A stretch of DNA of 19,614 nucleotides from Promethearchaeota archaeon (GTDB lineage Archaea > Asgardarchaeota > Lokiarchaeia > Sigyniarchaeales > SOKP01): contig JAEOTZ010000051.1 in the NCBI GenBank assembly GCA_016839585.1, positions 1 through 19,614 of the forward strand. The letters are read 5' to 3'. Shown here in pieces: positions 17,770 to 19,614 of the stretch. The stretch's first letter is position 1; every line of letters begins with the position of its first letter. Both the position numbers and the translations under genes were made by a program. Below the pieces are notes generated by a model. The model had not been told where the DNA came from. It ran no database searches and saw only the letters and a program-made list of their open reading frames with translations.

Positions 17770-18297
17770 ATACCAGAAAACAAGGTAAAGAAGTATTTCT
17801 CATTAATAGAGGCGTGGGCGTGGTGTGATATATGTGAGGATATGGTTGCTTTAAAGCTTGATAAGAAGGAAATTATTAATGGACTTCAAATGGGAATATA
17901 TACAAAAGAATTTAAACATGCTAACCAATATCCTGATGCTGAAGATCCAGATGATTTATCTGGACAAGAGCATACGATCTATGTCTATATTAATGATAAT
18001 TATGATATAACGGGCGTAAAGAGTTTCTTTGGAGAATCTCCGAGTACAGAGGAAATCGGAGCCTCAGTGCAAGCAGGAGGTGAAGTGAGGATACCTATTG
18101 TCGTTAAAGATATTCCTCCAATGAGTGTACAGTTAGGGATGATTACTAAAGAGGAGTTTAAAGTTTTAAAAATTTGTGATGGGATGAGTACAATTGAAAC
18201 GGTCGCGGAGATTGCTCAGAAAAGTGTAGAAAAAATAGAAAAAATGATGGAAAAGCTCAGAAGTAAAGGATTGGTAAAAGTTATAAAAAGAACGTAA
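17770..18297 (+). CDS. Hypothetical protein: N-terminal CxxC/His putative metal-binding domain + C-terminal winged helix-turn-helix
   Basis: The frame is open upstream of the track ATG (17842): IPENKVKKYFSLIEAWAWCDICEDM. The C-terminus EEFKVLKICDGMSTIETVAEIAQKSVEKIEKMMEKLRSKGLVKV is wHTH-like. The gene is likely real; the start (ATA 17770 vs ATG 17842) is inferred. Confidence 0.7.
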   Translation: MPENKVKKYFSLIEAWAWCDICEDMVALKLDKKEIINGLQMGIYTKEFKHANQYPDAEDPDDLSGQEHTIYVYINDNYDITGVKSFFGESPSTEEIGASVQAGGEVRIPIVVKDIPPMSVQLGMITKEEFKVLKICDGMSTIETVAEIAQKSVEKIEKMMEKLRSKGLVKVIKRT

Positions 18298-18361
18298 AGA
18301 AATACATTCAACCTTTTGCTATTTTTAAATAGAAATTTTACTATTCAATTTTCTCTTAATT

Positions 18362-19129
18362 TTATAATTTTTCCCCATATAAAACTAAGTGTCTTGATAA
18401 CCCTTTTATTGATGGTTCTTTACTCAATTTTAAAACCATCTTTATTGTTTGCTTAAAGAATTTTTCATCCCAGGTATGAGAATCTAAAATTTTTTTTGGA
18501 ATATGGAGCACATCTGTCCAGCCACAAACTCCATATATATCGATAACTTTAATTCCTTCTTCCTCAAACCAATTTTTTACTTCTTCAGGGCTTAAAACGA
18601 TATACCTTCCTTCTGGATCTTCTAAGCAACTTGGTATAGACTCGATTGAAGATAATATTTTATCTGGATTTTTATTAAAGCTACTAATAACTGCCGCCCA
18701 TTTATTTACAAGGAATATTGAGATTATTCCACCCTTTTTAGTTACTCGTATTAGTTCTTTTGGTGCTAACCCTTCTGTATCATCAATATTACCGTCCCAA
18801 GAAATAACAAAATCAAACGTTTCGTCTTTAAAATGGAGATTACGAGTATCGCACTTACAAATTTTCACTTTATCTAATAAACCTTCTCTTTGCATTTTTA
18901 GTTCTGCCACCTCCAACATTTTAGGAGAAATGTCACATAAAGTAACTGAATACCCCATTTTGGCTAATGGTAAAGAAATTCTTCCCGTTCCTCCCGCAGC
19001 ATCTAAAATTTTTATTTTTTTATTTTTTGGTAAAAAATTCTTTAAGATCTCCCAATCAACATAATGTTCAATAGCACCCTGAAAAGTCTTATAATACTCA
19101 TCATATCTACAAGCACGATTATTCCACAT
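18362..19129 (-). CDS. Class I SAM-dependent methyltransferase
   Basis: Motif I ILDAAGGTG, CDISPKML, LHFKDETFDFVIS, ELIRVTKKGG. Confidence 0.9.
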   Translation of the reverse strand: MWNNRACRYDEYYKTFQGAIEHYVDWEILKNFLPKNKKIKILDAAGGTGRISLPLAKMGYSVTLCDISPKMLEVAELKMQREGLLDKVKICKCDTRNLHFKDETFDFVISWDGNIDDTEGLAPKELIRVTKKGGIISIFLVNKWAAVISSFNKNPDKILSSIESIPSCLEDPEGRYIVLSPEEVKNWFEEEGIKVIDIYGVCGWTDVLHIPKKILDSHTWDEKFFKQTIKMVLKLSKEPSIKGLSRHLVLYGEKL

Positions 19130-19269
19130 TAAATTAATCCTTTCACCCTTTTTTAATTAAGTTTCAAATCAAAAAATTATTCTAAAAGATATTTTTAAAA
19201 TTAATCTATAAATAAAAAGCCAAATAAAAAGAAAAAAGTTATGAATGTTAAGTTGAAAATTTTGATTAA

Positions 19270-19614
19270 TTAAACCTTTCCTACATTTTCCATCATTTTG
19301 CGTGTAATAAGTTCAAATACTTCATCAACATTATCACCAGTTTTGGATGAACATTCAATATATCCATCTAAGTTACGAGATTTTGATAACTCAATAGCAT
19401 CTTCAGCAGGCACAGAACGTTTTTCATTTAAATCTAATTTTCCCCCCACCATAATAAGTGGTATCTGAAGTTGTGTTTTTGATGAGCCCTGCTTAAAAAA
19501 AGAGAGCCAATCATCTATATTTTTCATACTGGTATATCTTGTTATGTCAAACATAAAAATACCTCCATCTGCTCCCTTAGCAAAGCTAGGTAAAAGAACT
19601 CTAAAGCGATCTTC
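19270..19614 (-). CDS. Rab/Ras-like small GTPase; 5' part lies outside the window
   Basis: Frame open to the window edge: EDRFRVLLPSFAKGADGGIFMFDITRYTSMKNIDDWL...IPLIMVGGKLDL...YIECSSKTGDNVDEVF. Shows the switch II region, G4 (GKLD) and G5 (SSK). Confidence 0.92.
   Translation of the reverse strand, partial: EDRFRVLLPSFAKGADGGIFMFDITRYTSMKNIDDWLSFFKQGSSKTQLQIPLIMVGGKLDLNEKRSVPAEDAIELSKSRNLDGYIECSSKTGDNVDEVFELITRKMMENVGKV

Overview
Very AT-rich, gene-dense archaeal chromosomal window, most consistent with an Asgard archaeon (Lokiarchaeia/Promethearchaeota-like). The evidence is archaeal EF-1beta next to a DUF1610/HVO_2753-type Zn-finger gene, a RIO2 kinase, a four-subunit archaeal-type 2-oxoacid:ferredoxin oxidoreductase, a Rab/Ras-like small GTPase and a gelsolin-like domain protein. 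Gene order: RIO2 kinase (partial), gelsolin-like domain fused to about 4 TM helices, porB-porA-porD, two tandem cytoplasmic 4xPAS histidine kinases on the opposite strand, porG, an alpha/beta hydrolase, mutS, a GT87-like membrane protein, mutL, EF-1beta, a small Zn-finger gene missed by the ORF track, a CxxC/winged-helix protein that probably starts at ATA, a SAM methyltransferase and a small GTPase (partial). No tRNA, rRNA, CRISPR array or transposase was seen. The most notable points are the membrane-anchored gelsolin-like protein, the probable ATA-initiated gene, the por operon split by a duplicated orphan kinase pair, and an intact MutS1/MutL pair whose MutS carries a coiled-coil insert and a clamp-binding-like motif. 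All family assignments come from motif recognition by eye, not database searches.
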